DNA of 64,000 bases from the human T2T-CHM13v2.0 reference genome, Homo sapiens (GCF_009914755.1 NC_060935.1), one strand, 5' to 3'; counted from the stretch's first letter, positions 1 to 15,879 are shown. The notes: a model not told the origin generated them from the letters alone. Numbers and translations: made by a program.

Positions 1-632
1 AAACATGTGCATTAAAAGGCAATTTCAATACACTTTCCAGTTTTGTGCCAGGTTCTTGATTATATTCAGTAGCATGCTTACCTTCTTTAAATACACATAA
101 GGAATCTTCTTTATTTTCACTATAAATCTGTTATAATGGAAACTCTGATTTTATATTTCTCTGTAATGGAGTCAACTATCACCTGGCCTATGCAGGCAAG
201 TGCAAAGAGGTGACAGTTTTTATTTGTGCCATAACCACACACAGCTTTAAATGTTTTTACTATAACATATTTTAGAAAGCTAACAAGCTAGAGAGAGCGG
301 TGAAGGGCTCTCTCAGCATGTTCCTCTCTGTCTGTGTGTTAGTTTTGCTTTACTTTTTCTTTAATCTGTGTCTGTGTGTGTGTGTTTGTGTATGTGTATG
401 AGAGAGAGAGAGCGAAAGAGTCTTATTTTTGTCTTAATGTGTGCCTCCTCTAATTTTTTGTCTTCCTTTTTTCTTTCACTTCATATACATAGTAAATATA
501 AACAAATGGAAATTTTATATTTCTCACTTTTGAAATGATAAATTTACTTGGGTATCCCCTCCATAAATGGATGTCAAACTTCAATGTATGTAAGTGTCAA
601 TTGCCAGTTATATCTATTAGGAAATACAGATT

Positions 633-2605
<1,973 letters not shown>

Positions 2606-3007
2606 AAATACAGATTGCCAGGCCTCACTTTTAGCCTCACTGTGAGTTCTGATTCAGTAGATCTAGGGCAGGGCCCTAGAATATGGGAGCCACATCCCTG
2701 CATAGTCTGATGCAGGGAATCAAGGAACCACACTTTGAAAATATTTTTTTTTCTTAGGGCTCTCTGCTATTGCTATAAACAGTAGCTATTGCTTCATAGT
2801 ATCCTTAATTCTTATATTAATTGCGTAATTGTTGTTAACAAACTGGTTTTCTGCATTTTCTCAGAAATTAGGGTCACAGATGGACCTAGCTATTTAATTG
2901 TGAAAGATACTTGTAAACCGCTTTTCCACGAAATTAATTTGCTTATTTTGTTTACATTTTCACAACTAAGTAATGTGAATTAAGTAACAACTTTGCTTCA
3001 ACTACAG

Positions 3008-3071
3008 GAGAATGTCAAAATACTCCAGGAGAGAAGCATTGCTTATATCAACTCGGATTCATCTATAGAAG
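3008..3071 (+). CDS. NAALAD2: NAALAD2 coding exon (likely exon 12), [21 protein letters not shown]
   Basis: ctacag|GAG acceptor and G|gtaaat donor; 64 nt; translation matches GCPIII, including the Zn-ligand Asp in NSDSS. Confidence 0.96.
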
Positions 3072-4147
3072 GTAAATTTTATTTCAATTTGAAGTGAAAT
3101 TTTCAGAAAGGAAATTTTACTTCAAGTAACTTTTATTATTGAGTAGAATACCATCTACTAAGACTATAAATTCTAGCTTATTAAGCACCTCAGATATCCC
3201 CTTCCTTTGAGATGCCTCAGTAATACCTTTATTTTTCATTTTGCCACAGAGAAAATAATTAGGATTCATATGAATTGATATGATTCATAACTAAGCTATT
3301 GCTTTTAATTTCTTTGATATATTTACTATTTGTTTATATTACTACTTAAAACTCTAGTATTAACCACATATTTTCTCGATAAAGATATTAATGGAATTTG
3401 GCTAAAACAGTTCAGAAGAAAGGTTTTGCAGACTATTCTGTGTAGAAATATTTCCTGTATTTGTTGTAACAAATTTGAAGTAAGTGTACTCACTTACTCA
3501 CTCCTTTTGAACTACAAACTCCTATTGAATCTAGCTCAGGATCACCTGAGCCCAGGAGTGTAAGCCATAGAGAGACCCTGACTCTCAAAAAAAAAAAAAG
3601 AAAAAGAAAAAGAAAAAAACTGATCTGGATTGTCTACGCCAACAGGACTTGATTTCTGATTAGCACTACTATGGAGACAGTATGATTCAGAAAATGAAGA
3701 GATTCGTGTCTCTAGGCTTTCATTGCATTGTGATTATTTCTAAATAAATGTTAGAACCTAATAATTACTGACATGGCTTTGTCTAATATCTTGATATATA
3801 CTATTGCATAGAATGAAACAAGTAAAAAATTAATGCTACAGACTTACCACTTCCTTTGCCAAAGTGCCCCTAAGAATTGCTGCCATGAGAATGACCCTTA
3901 TAATCACTGTGACAGCTGCTGCCTTAGCAACCAAAGTCCACCAAGACCTTCTACTATTCACAATATTTGGTGCAGGCTCTCTTGCTCCTGAAGAACTATT
4001 TCCACCCTGTTTTATTCTTTGGGAATAAAATCTTTGATTTGAAGATCATTATATCTTGTTTAAAATTAGAAAATAAAGTTAGAATTAAACAAATGGAATT
4101 TCATTTAGAAGTATGAAATAATACTCTGTGTCTTATTTATTTTTCAG

Positions 4148-4215
4148 GCAATTATACTCTCAGAGTTGACTGTACTCCCCTTCTTTACCAATTAGTGTAT
4201 AAACTGACAAAAGAG
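4148..4215 (+). CDS. NAALAD2: NAALAD2 coding exon (13), [23 protein letters not shown]
   Basis: ttttcag| acceptor, GAG|gtatat donor; 68 nt; phase continuous with neighbouring exons. Confidence 0.96.
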
Positions 4216-4544
4216 GTATATAAGGAAATGTGTCTTCATATGTTCTCTTTTGAATGGATAAATGAATAACGTGTGTTCCCCCCTAAATTAATGGTACTTA
4301 TTTTTAAGCTGGTGAGAGAACATAATAGAATCATATAAACAAAACAAAATCTTTAATATGCCATTTACCTATATGACATAACTAAGAAGATATTATCACC
4401 AGCTTCTTTGTTCTAGCAATAGTTCTTATTAATAATTGTGTAAATAGTTGTAACATGTATTTATCTGGCAGAGGTATTTGATATAGCAGAAAGAACACTG
4501 AGTTGGAATAGAAAGGCATACAGTTAAAAAACTGTCTTAGCTAC

Positions 4545-5110
4545 TCATTCATTCATTCAACAAATATTCACTGAGTGGTCACTATATGTCAGATTCTACA
4601 AAATGAATTATAGCAGCAATAGTGATAAGGGGACAAGGTCACTGAATTCGAAGACTTTGTAATCTAGAGAGGACACAGATTGGTAAATGAGGAATTAGAA
4701 TTCACTAGAATATTTGATACTATGTATGATGGAGAACAGTTATGGAATAGAGAATATTAAATCCTGAGGTGGCTGGGGGAAGTTGAGGAGCATAAGAAGA
4801 GGTTTGCAGAGTCACTGATGTTTGGACTGTCAAATGAAGGGATGTAGAAGTAAGGGAGAGGGCATTCTAAGCAGAGGACACAGTATCTAAAAAAGATGTG
4901 GAGGTTTAAAAGAACGTATTTCCTGATCTGAAGGTAGCTCAGCATGGCCAAGCCAAAGGCGTTGGTGGGAAAGATGGTAAGAAATGAGGCATAACCAATG
5001 GGCCAAGGAGTTCAGAAATCTGTTATGGAGAAATCATTAAAGAATTTCTAACAAGGTTGTTCATTGTTTTATGTCAGTGTAGTGAATACATTAAGTAGTT
5101 GCAAGTCTAA
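4545..5110 (-). mobile_element. L2 fragment
   Basis: cattcattcattcaacaaatatt L2 3' end signature; approximate edges. Confidence 0.6.
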
Positions 5111-7902
5111 AGGCAAAATGGAAATAATTCTGCAGGCTTGCTAATCTCCCAGTAATTTATAAATATTAAATGAGTTATAGATATTTTAAGAACTCTAAAA
5201 TCTAAAGGACTCTGAATCTCTAAAACTTATATAATCTACTCATTTAATATCTGTGAACATCATTTAAATAGTTCCTTGCCAAAGAATTTACCTGTGGAAA
5301 TGTTTGCTTCAAGGTCATCCTTAGATAACAATATGAAGTAGATATCACTTCTCTCTGGGTACTATTAATATTTCCTCCCTTAATCTTACCCCTCTCTTTT
5401 TCATGTCTTTAAAAACTAGTTTTCCAAATGAAACTCCTCTCATTTTCCTCATCACAATGCTCTCACCATCTTGGGTAGCTGATGTCTTTGATCCTTTCAT
5501 TGGAATGTTCCATAAAAGCATCTTATCTAAAAGTAAGCTGAAAAGAAAATCTTTACTGAGAGAACCCTTTTTGGAACAGGAATTTATGATTTGTGCTGTC
5601 CTAGAGAGATGATCCCTGGCCTTGATGTCAGGAATGATAAGAATTTGGTGGTTGATAAGGGAGAAGTTGACATCTGTGCCTCTTTGTACAAAGATAAATT
5701 CTTATCTGTGGGCATGCCAAGACCCAGTAGACAAAGGAGACTTGTTTTTACTCTCCTGTAAACTGATTATTACAATTTTATTAATCCCTAGTGTGTGTTA
5801 GCACAAATAGTCAAGCCATATTGGTGACTTGAGGATAGTGTAGGGGTGAGAGACAAGGCTGAGCTTGGAGAGAAGGGCAGCTGCCAGATGCAGCAAGAAA
5901 TGGGGCAAAGTGTTGCTAAATAAGAGGAGGGCTATCAATTCTGACAATGCATGTAGCTGAGGTAAGACTCATCTAGCCGAGTGTGGTGGCACATGCCTAT
6001 AGTTCCAGCTGAGGCAGTAGGATCACCTGAGCCCAGGAGTGTAAGCCATAGAAATCCTGACAAAAAAAGAAAGAAAAGAAAAAAGAAAGAAAGAAAGCTG
6101 ATCTGGATTTTCTAGGCCAACGGGACGTGATTTCTGATTGGCACTACTATGGAGACAGTATGATTCAGAAAATGAAGAGGGTTTTACTGGGAGTTCAATC
6201 CAAGCAGGATGTAGGAACTGGAACAGAATCTCTCTCAACCATTGTAAATTGGCAGGAGCAGAGTAGAGAGTAGAACCCAGTCAGCTGGCTAGAAATGAGC
6301 AGAACATCTCTGCAGCTGCCTCATGTTGGTGAGGAAGGGTGTAGAGTGCCAAGACTTTCTAAGCTGTGGACCCTCTATGCAGTCATAAAATATCATCTCA
6401 TTCATACAAAGCTAAGGGCAAGTGACCACTTCCCAGCCCTACCATTACTCTGTGGATGGCAGTGGATTCACCACTGTTACCTTCTACTTGAAGGCTGATG
6501 AGGGCTTGTGTTATCAGTAGACACAACACATTTGTGCCTCTAAATAAGTGGGGTGAGATTGAAACAGGGAAATTGTTCAAAATCATGTGCCAATACCCAA
6601 CATCTTTATTAGATGCTCTTAAATTTAATTGCCATTTTCTCAGAAAGCCCTTACTTGGAGACATATCTATCTCTCATCCCCACATCTCTTTATAGCACTT
6701 TGATATTTTCTTTTAAACTGCTTATTATAATTTTGTATTACAAAATTTGTTTGGTGTGTGTATCCCCAATTAGATTTCATTGTGAGGTCCAAGAGGGTAG
6801 AGACTATGTCTCTGTTTCCGCATCTCTTTTCTGAGTTCAGTGCTTAGTAAATATCTATAGAAAAATTAAGAATAGTGGCACAGAAGTTAGAATAACCAAC
6901 TCTGTCTAAAGGCCAGAGAAAATACCAGATGTTTATATTCAGAAAGGTACCATTATCCCCAGTTTTACAGGTGAGAAGACTAAGGTTCAAAGAGGGGAAC
7001 AAATACACCAAGTTATAATGCTTTCACAGTTACTTAAGTAGGGTCTGCCTTGGGTCTATTTTTGAGCAAATCAGGGTTATAAACAAACAAGAAAACAAAA
7101 TATAGTCAATATGTGTAGTAGTCTAGATTTAAAATAGACCAATTTGACTCCACAGTCCACAATGTTTTCACCACATGTCTCTGCTCTTCTTAGAGTGTCA
7201 AAAGACAAGGCAAGTATAAGTTTGTAAATGTATTTTTAATGAAAGGAGTAAAAATGTATATATATACACACACACACACACGAGCTCTTAAAAATTCCCA
7301 AGTAGAAATCTGAGGTTATGTAGAGTTTTTTAAAAAATCCATAAAATTTTAACTTTGTTTAAACATAATAAGACTGTCTAAAAGAATAGTCCCAGCGCTA
7401 ACCCCTGCCTGCCCTGCAAAACCAAGACTTATAGGTTAAGAAGCTGAGCTTGAAATTATGTCACCTCTATTGTTCTGAGACCTCTTTATAGGTCTTATTA
7501 GGCAAAAATAATTTACAAAAGCAAATGTTTTATCTGAAGTTTTCTCCAGTGTCTTCCCACTAAAAGAAATCTAAGCTGCCAAACATTAATTAAAATGGCA
7601 TTTGTAAAGATTTTAAGTTCTATTTAAAAGTTTACCAAAATAAGCAGGAAATTACATCTTAGGTACATGGCAAAATTACCAACACAGGTAGACATCATGA
7701 ATAAAAAATAATTTGGGCTAGATTTATTTCTTGCCATTTGCAAAAATATAATTTTTCTATAAAACATATACATGTGTATAAATATATACATGTACATATG
7801 TTATTAAAAGTAGAAGTTGATGACAAATAATATATAGTTTTATTTTGGCATAAATGTAGTTGCTTCTACCCCTAATTTCCAGTATTTGATTTCTCTTTCC
7901 AG

Positions 7903-7994
7903 ATCCCCAGCCCTGATGATGGGTTTGAGAGTAAATCACTGTATGAAAGCTGGTTGGAAAAAGACCCTTCACCTGAAAATAAAAATTTGCCTAG
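7903..7994 (+). CDS. NAALAD2: NAALAD2 coding exon (14), [31 protein letters not shown]
   Basis: ctttccag| acceptor, AG|gtaagt donor; 92 nt. Confidence 0.96.
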
Positions 7995-8128
7995 GTAAGT
8001 TACTGATATGCACCTTTTCTACTGTAGGATAAGTTATGAATTCCCCTCTGCCTCTTGTTTCTCCAAGCATGAAATTCTCAAGCGTCTCATCAATAATTTG
8101 AGCCAAGAAAAGATAATGAAGAATTCCT

Positions 8129-8488
<360 letters not shown>

Positions 8489-8883
8489 TTAGAGCACAAA
8501 TAGATCTAGTTTTGCAAATTTTTAGCCAAAATAGTTTCGCTACATTATTAGCCATTAGTTGGCATTCTTGCTTAAAATTTCATTTACATATGTATTAGGT
8601 GTATTAATATATAATATAACTTCAGATGATAATGATGAAAAGACAAATGCTAGATTATTTGCTTGTAAATTTATTAAGGAACATTATCAGTAACCACCAA
8701 ATTGTGTCTTTACCTGTGATTTAGAATTTATATAAATATTATTTTATTTTTTATGTCATCTCATTCATGCTACAGCAGCTTTCTTAAATTTATTTTATAT
8801 TTATTTGTTTTTATTTTCTTTTTTCTAAACATTATGTAATAAAAAGTATATATTTGTTTTCTACTGTAGTGCCATTTCTAATA

Positions 8884-9221
8884 CAGACTGAGCATTCCTA
8901 ACTCAAAAACCTGAAATCTGAAGTGCTCCAATATCCAAAACTTTTTGAGCACCAACATGATGTCACAAGTGGAAAATTCCACACCTTATAGCACTTAACA
9001 CAAACTTTGTTTCATGCACAAAATTATTTAAAATATTATGTAAAATTAAGTTTAGGCTATGTTTATAAGATACATATGAAACATAAATGAATTTTATGTT
9101 TAGACTTGGGCCCCATCCCCAAGATATCTCACTGCATATATGTAAATATTCATAGTTGGAAAAAAATCTGAAGTCCAAAATATTTCTGGTCCCAAGCATT
9201 TCATATGGGATACTCAACTTG
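8884..9221 (-). mobile_element. MER46/Tigger4-family DNA transposon
   Basis: TA-flanked TIR-like ends cagactgagcattcc ... gggatactcaacttg. Confidence 0.75.
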
Positions 9222-9792
9222 TACAAGCAAATAATAGTAACAGTTTATAGCTTTATTCCTCATTTCAAATCAGTCTTGTGAAAGTTTGAATGTGGGTCCA
9301 TTATAAAACTTTCACATGCCAATTCAACAAAAACAGTAAAATACAAAAATGATTTCTAAAACATTGAAGAGGTCAGTCTCAAAAACATATCTACTAACCT
9401 AATAGTTTGGAAATAAACAGTTATGTTATTAATGAACATGCAATTTTATATTCTGCTTTCATGACTTACCATTATTTTACTAAAAATTTTCATGTCTTAC
9501 ATTTTATTTATGTATATGCATATATATGTGATAGATCAACAGAGGTTTCCTAATCATATGCAAAGAAATAAATTATAATTAGATTTATTTCTAAAATGAG
9601 GCACATTTATATTCTTCATGATTTTAAAAGTAGATTTTTTTATGGCAGTTTTCTTACTAGATGATAGTTCTCTGAGGGTAGGGCCCACGTCTTCATTGTT
9701 TTCCCCTCTAAACAAAAATGTAAATGCTGAAGATATGATGGAGAGCATCATCACAAGATGCAGTCTTTGGTGGCACAGCCCAATTCTTGTTA

Positions 9793-9840
9793 TAGGTTGG
9801 TGCAAAAGTATTTGCAGTTTTTGCCATTATTTTTAATTTT
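9793..9840 (+). mobile_element. MADE1 (mariner MITE) half element
   Basis: taggttggtgcaaaagtatttgcagtttttgccatta resembles the Hsmar1 TIR. Confidence 0.7.
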
Positions 9841-10007
9841 CAGCATTACTTTTAATTTTACAGCAATTTTCCTGCAGATTATGGGAAAATGTCTTGATGG
9901 TGGTTGACCTTTTTTAAATTCTTATAAATGTAATATATAATTCCTTGCTATTCTTGGGGCAGGATTCCTTGTCCCATCTATTTAACTTTGTATCATTTAC
10001 TTGTTTA

Positions 10008-10031
10008 TGTGTGTGTGTGTGTGTGTGTGTG
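10008..10031 (+). repeat. (TG)12 microsatellite next to a splice acceptor
   Basis: Counted directly. Confidence 0.95.
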
Positions 10032-10050
10032 GATTGCATTCTACATCTAG

Positions 10051-10141
10051 AATCAATAAGCTGGGATCTGGAAGTGACTTTGAAGCTTATTTTCAGAGAC
10101 TTGGAATTGCTTCAGGCAGAGCCCGTTACACTAAGAATAAG
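10051..10141 (+). CDS. NAALAD2: NAALAD2 coding exon (15), [30 protein letters not shown]
   Basis: catctag| acceptor, AAG|gtaagc donor; 91 nt; GSGSDF (Ser where FOLH1/GCPII has Asn) identifies GCPIII. Confidence 0.96.
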
Positions 10142-11649
10142 GTAAGCCATTTTATCATTTTGAATATATAACATTTCATCTACAGTCCTTTGGCGAAGAA
10201 TGTCACTGAGTTGTTTGGCACCAGACACCTGGTGGATGTGGCCTGGGAAGAGTTCCCAGGGATAGAGATAGACTGCATGTCCCTTTCCAGATGGACAAGG
10301 AAGCAATTTGAGTAATTTTGTGAAAATTTCATTGTTAGGGTTAATCAAATAAATGGTGATTCACAGAGTAATGCCAGACACTTATCTGGTTAATCAGTAC
10401 TAAGTAGTTCACATCCTTTTCCTGATTTGTCAGAAAACTCTCATTCTCTAGACTAGTCTTGCAGGCTCTGATGTACTTTTCATGAGGATAAATGCAGTTG
10501 GAGAACATATTTTGGTCAAGAGGAGCATTAGGGTAAGATTCATTATTGTCGGTAGCTCCTCTTCATATTGCCACTTCTGCCTGTCACCTGAGTCAAGGGT
10601 TCTTGGTTGGGAAATAAAGCAAGTTTCTCTTTTAACTTGATCCCCTTTTCTGTTCTGCACTGACTGGTTTGCACTACTGTCACACAGACATCCTGATGAT
10701 ATGCAGGTACTTGGATATAACCAATATATACCATGTTTGCTCATCAATGTTATAAATTATTTCATAAACCAAATTGAAGATTACAGTAGCAGACACAGAT
10801 TTGTCATAGATTTTAATCAATCTTCAAATCATAATTACAGTACATCTAAATCTTGCTTGCCCATTATATGTATATCACTTGCAAATTTGACTGTTCAGAA
10901 TACAACAAAGAACAAAGAAATAAAAGCAACCCCAGAGTAACCCAAAATAGATAAACTCAGAATGCTTACATTCATTACAATTAATACATAAATGATGTGT
11001 TTTAACTCTTTGTCAAGGCCTGTTCACTTTTATACTCTGTCTTCTGTAATTTGCTCAAAGTTATCTAGTTTCTAAGACCACTTTAGATTAGAAGCAGATA
11101 ATTAGATAGAAGGAGAAGGACTGATAAGGAGATTGCTTTTTAGTGATACTAACAGCAGTAAGAACGATAGCCATACAAGGTGGCAAATAATAAAAACTAA
11201 AATTAGAAAAGGCAGACCGAAGAACTAAAAAGAATATTTATACGGGATACTACTATGTAATAATTCATATTCATAATGGTACCTTAATTATGTAATAAAG
11301 CTTAAATGACATTTAGATATACACTGTTTGAGAAGGAAGGGAAGTTACTTAAATAAATCATCCTTAAGCTGTGTACTTAGCTGCCCAGAACCTTTTTTTT
11401 TTTTTTACCAATCAATTGATAGATAACTTTGAACTATGCTGAGGTGCAATTTGAATATGTATTCCCTAATTTTAGTTATCGAAGATACAAGGAGAAAATG
11501 TTCAAGGTGTAGCATCTTGAATGAAGGTTACATAAATTATAAAACAAATAATGAGAAAATTTTTAAAACCAGTGAATATTTGGCTATAGTGTTTTCGTTA
11601 TTAGCGTTTTGCCTCCTTGTGGTAAAACTCAGGGTGTTATATGGTTGTA

Positions 11650-11664
11650 TTTTTTCTTTTTCTT

Positions 11665-11705
<41 letters not shown>

Positions 11706-11830
11706 TATTTTTAGTAGAGACAGGGTTTCTCCATGTTGCCCAGGCTGGTCTTGAACTCCTGAGCTCAGGCAATCCACCTGCCTTGGCTTCCCAAAGTGCT
11801 AGGATTACAGATGTGAGCCACCATGACTGG
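11650..11830 (-). mobile_element. Alu left monomer with a 39-nt T tract
   Basis: Only the left arm is present; T39 at 11666-11704; TSD-like tggttgt(t)attttt on both sides. Confidence 0.8.
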
Positions 11831-11932
11831 CTGGTTGTTATTTTTTCTATAGTTATTTTTATGCTTACATAAAAATATTATAACTTGAATATTTAATGTT
11901 TATTTATACTTGCCTCTCCATTTTTTTTTCAG

Positions 11933-12197
11933 AAAACAGATAAGTACAGCAGCTACCCAGTGTACCACACAATTTATGAGACATTTGAATTGGTAGAGAA
12001 ATTTTATGACCCCACATTTAAAAAACAACTTTCTGTGGCTCAATTACGAGGAGCACTGGTATATGAGCTTGTGGATTCTAAAATCATTCCTTTTAATATT
12101 CAAGACTATGCAGAAGCTTTGAAAAACTATGCAGCAAGTATCTATAATCTATCTAAGAAACATGATCAACAATTGACAGACCATGGAGTATCATTTG
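11933..12197 (+). CDS. NAALAD2: NAALAD2 coding exon (16), [20 protein letters not shown]...DHGVSF
   Basis: ttttcag| acceptor, G|gtaaga donor; 265 nt; YHT motif with Zn-ligand His; overlaps ORF 11960..12208. Confidence 0.97.
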
Positions 12198-12469
12198 GTA
12201 AGAAATAGTTGGGCAGATATTTTACAGTCTTTAAGTTAGAGCTTTAAGATATTATCTCCTATGATGATCAATGCATATTGTTTCATCCTAGAATACATAT
12301 TTGCCTTACTTATTTTGACTTCTACACAAAAACTTAAAACAAACACCTATTAAAGAATCTGATTTAATCTGGCATGTATAGAATGAATCCATTATGGCTG
12401 AGTTATTACCACAAACATTGGGATGGTAAACATTTTTCTTGTATTATGGCCTTTAAAAACATTTTTACT

Positions 12470-12851
<382 letters not shown>

Positions 12852-14456
12852 TTAATTATTGTCAACAAAATGATTATTACTGCATATATCTTTTAGTGTT
12901 TGTCTATATGAAACATTTTTTCCATGGTTATAAGTATACTTTCCTTTTATTAATGACTGTTTAGTGGTTGCTCTTCTGCATTGTGCATCTCCTATACAGC
13001 AAGGATGACTCATAATGCAGTGTATGTAGTAGCATTGAGGATTGAGTTTGGAAGTGGTTTGCCTGGTTCAGATACTAGCTTTACCAGTTCTTCGTTATGT
13101 GACCTTGGGAAAGTTACTTAACTTCTCTATGTGTTAGCTTTCATACAATTAAAAGATAAAAAAGAACATATCATGTTTCAAAGATCATTGTGGAGATTCA
13201 GTTTGGTAATATATAGAAGCTGTGGTGGGTAGCACTTAGTGCTCATTAAATATTACCTATTACTGTTTTATTACAAACATTGTCTTTTATTATTCTGGGG
13301 GCACCTATTTTTAGTATATACCCAAATTATCAAATATGCCCTGAGTTTCTACTGTGTACCAAGTACTATGTTATTACCTGGGAGATATAAATGTGTACAA
13401 GGCATGGTCATAGTCCTAAGAAAGCTTAAAGTCTCATGTGGGGAATAAAGCAATATACAGATAATAGGTTACTATGGGGCTATGTAGAGAGTACTATAAA
13501 AACACAGAAAATGGGTATGGAATAGTAATGACTTCTGAATATTATTATATAAAGGATTAGTAATCTTTATATAATATTATATACAGGATTAGTAATAATA
13601 GCAAATACTATGGTCTAGAAAAAAAATGAAGCAAATAAAATGTGTTTATATCAATACAATTGGAGTATCTCTGCAGTGATGGGGGAAATAAGGAGAGATA
13701 AAACCAGAGAAATAAGCAGAGCCTACAGCAAAATGGACATTGGTAGTTCTGTGGCTATTCAGCATCCAGTTGTCTTCCTAAATTCCCTGATTTCCTTTTG
13801 GTGAATGATCTTTTATCAGTTTTTATAAGTCAGGGTCCAATTAAGAGACAGAAACCACACAGTTAGAGTGGAAGGGCTCTCTTTAGACAAGGTTAATTCT
13901 TCTACCTACTTACCTTCTTAGAGGCCTGGTTTGATCTGTTAATTCCTTTCCCTGTCATACTTTCAAAAATCACCATTACTATTGGTGACTATCCATTAGA
14001 TTAATTATTCTTATAGCTTTTCTATTTCAAAAACATTTCTTCTGCCTGATGTGTCCCACTTTCTTCACAATCAAAATTCTTCATTTAGTGCCAGGCAGAA
14101 ACAGTTCCTGAGAAAATGTGTTAGTGTAGGAATGAAGGTATAATTGATGAATGAATGAATGAATGAATGAATGAATACATAATCTACACTCCCTGTCTAT
14201 AGTTTTTTACCTCTCACTAGCCAATCCACTGTGCTGTCTTATGTCCTTTCTACTCTAGTAAAACTGCTCTTGCAAAAGTCGTCATTGACATGTGTTACTA
14301 AATCCCAGGACACGTTTCAGTTATCTATCTTGACTTCTGTCCTGCATTTGAAATTTAAAATTCTGTTTTCAGCATTCTTTCCTCATAGTTTCTATTCTAT
14401 CTCTTATTACATTCTTTGGTTTGAACTTGGCTTAAAACAACAATTAAAAGTTAAGG

Positions 14457-14509
14457 AAAATCTAGGACTAAAAGACTAGGACTAAAATCTAGGACTAAAA
14501 TCTGGGACT
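14457..14509 (+). repeat. 13-bp tandem repeat x4 (aaaatctaggact)
   Basis: Read directly. Confidence 0.85.
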
Positions 14510-14560
14510 AAGAAGGTTTTTAAAAATACTGAATATACTTATACTGAATGTACCACTTAC

Positions 14561-14687
14561 TAGCTAAAGCATTTAGAGCTCAGGATTTCTATTAGGTCAG
14601 ACCTAATAGAAATTAGGTAATAGAAATAGAAATTCTTTCCATTAGGTGTGACCTAATAGAAATCCTGAGCTGTAAGTGCTTTATCTA
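14561..14687. repeat. Inverted repeat, 52-bp arms, 23-bp spacer
   Basis: 14561-14612 versus the reverse complement of 14636-14687: 47/52 identical. Confidence 0.92.
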
Positions 14688-14818
14688 TAAAATGAATATC
14701 GTATCTCCTGATTTGCTTGCACCACAGGATTGATGCAAGCAACAAATCAATAATGTATGTTTAAAGTCCTGTGTAGAAAATATGGAAAATAATAAATTGT
14801 TGTAATAAAAATATAATA

Positions 14819-15155
14819 TAGTCACCTCTCTATATTGGTGAGTTCTGCATCCATGTATTCAACCAACTGCAAGCCAAAAATATTCAGAAAAAAAAACCCA
14901 TTAAGTTTCAAAAAAGCAAAACTTGAATTTGAATTTGTTGTGCTCTGAGCACTACATTGAATCCACATGAAGTTATATATAGGCATTGTATTAGGCATTA
15001 TAAGTAATCTAGAGATGACTTAAAGTATAGGGGAGGATGTGTGTAGGTAACAGGCAAATACTATGCCATTTTATATAAGGGAGTTGCTTCCATGGAATAT
15101 GGTTATCTGCAGGGGATTCTGGTACCCAGGCCTCACTGATACTGAGGTATGACTG
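14819..15155 (+). mobile_element. MER2/Tigger3-family DNA transposon
   Basis: ttctgcatccatgtattcaaccaac motif; ends ...gactgta. Confidence 0.7.
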
Positions 15156-15699
15156 TACTGAGAACCTAATCACTTTCCTCAGAAGCATTGTGAATTAAAG
15201 AAGAGTTTGACCAGATCAAATCTGATCCTCTTTCTCAGTATCTGGTTATATCAGTTTGTCACAGGTTGCCTGTTGAACAAGATCTTAAATGCACTATTTG
15301 AAAACAAGAATTGGTATTTTTTTTTGCCCTGTAATAATTACAGAATCATATCCTATGCATAGCTGTATCCAGTGTCTAGCATACAGTTGTTGTCCCAATG
15401 AATGAATGAATTAATAAAAAAATGAATTCTGGGTTTCTGGTAAACTATGGGTTAAGGAATTATTTGTGTCCTAGATTTTTGAAAGTCATTTCCTTTAAGA
15501 AACAATGTTACCATTTTTTGTTTTCAAACAATATTACTTTGTTATATTTTCTACTAATTTTCATGGATCTGCAAGAAGACTCAGTAGAAAAATGGCTTCG
15601 ACATCTATGTGGTCATATCAATCTGGAATGGGGAGGGTGGGAAAGCGAACCTCTGAAATATGAGCTAATTTCTCTTCTTCTTTTCTATTTTTAAAAAAG

Positions 15700-15781
15700 A
15701 CTCCTTATTTTCTGCTGTGAAAAACTTCTCAGAGGCTGCTTCAGATTTTCATAAACGACTTATACAAGTTGATCTTAACAA
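15700..15781 (+). CDS. NAALAD2: NAALAD2 coding exon (17), [27 protein letters not shown]
   Basis: aaaaaag| acceptor, AA|gtaagt donor; 82 nt; phase consistent. Confidence 0.94.
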
Positions 15782-15879
15782 GTAAGTTTCAAATCCCTTT
15801 TTTTTTAAAAAAAAAAAAAAAAGCAATCTGGTTACTAGAATGAACTGTTTCACTCATATTAGCATTAACCTCTAAATCA

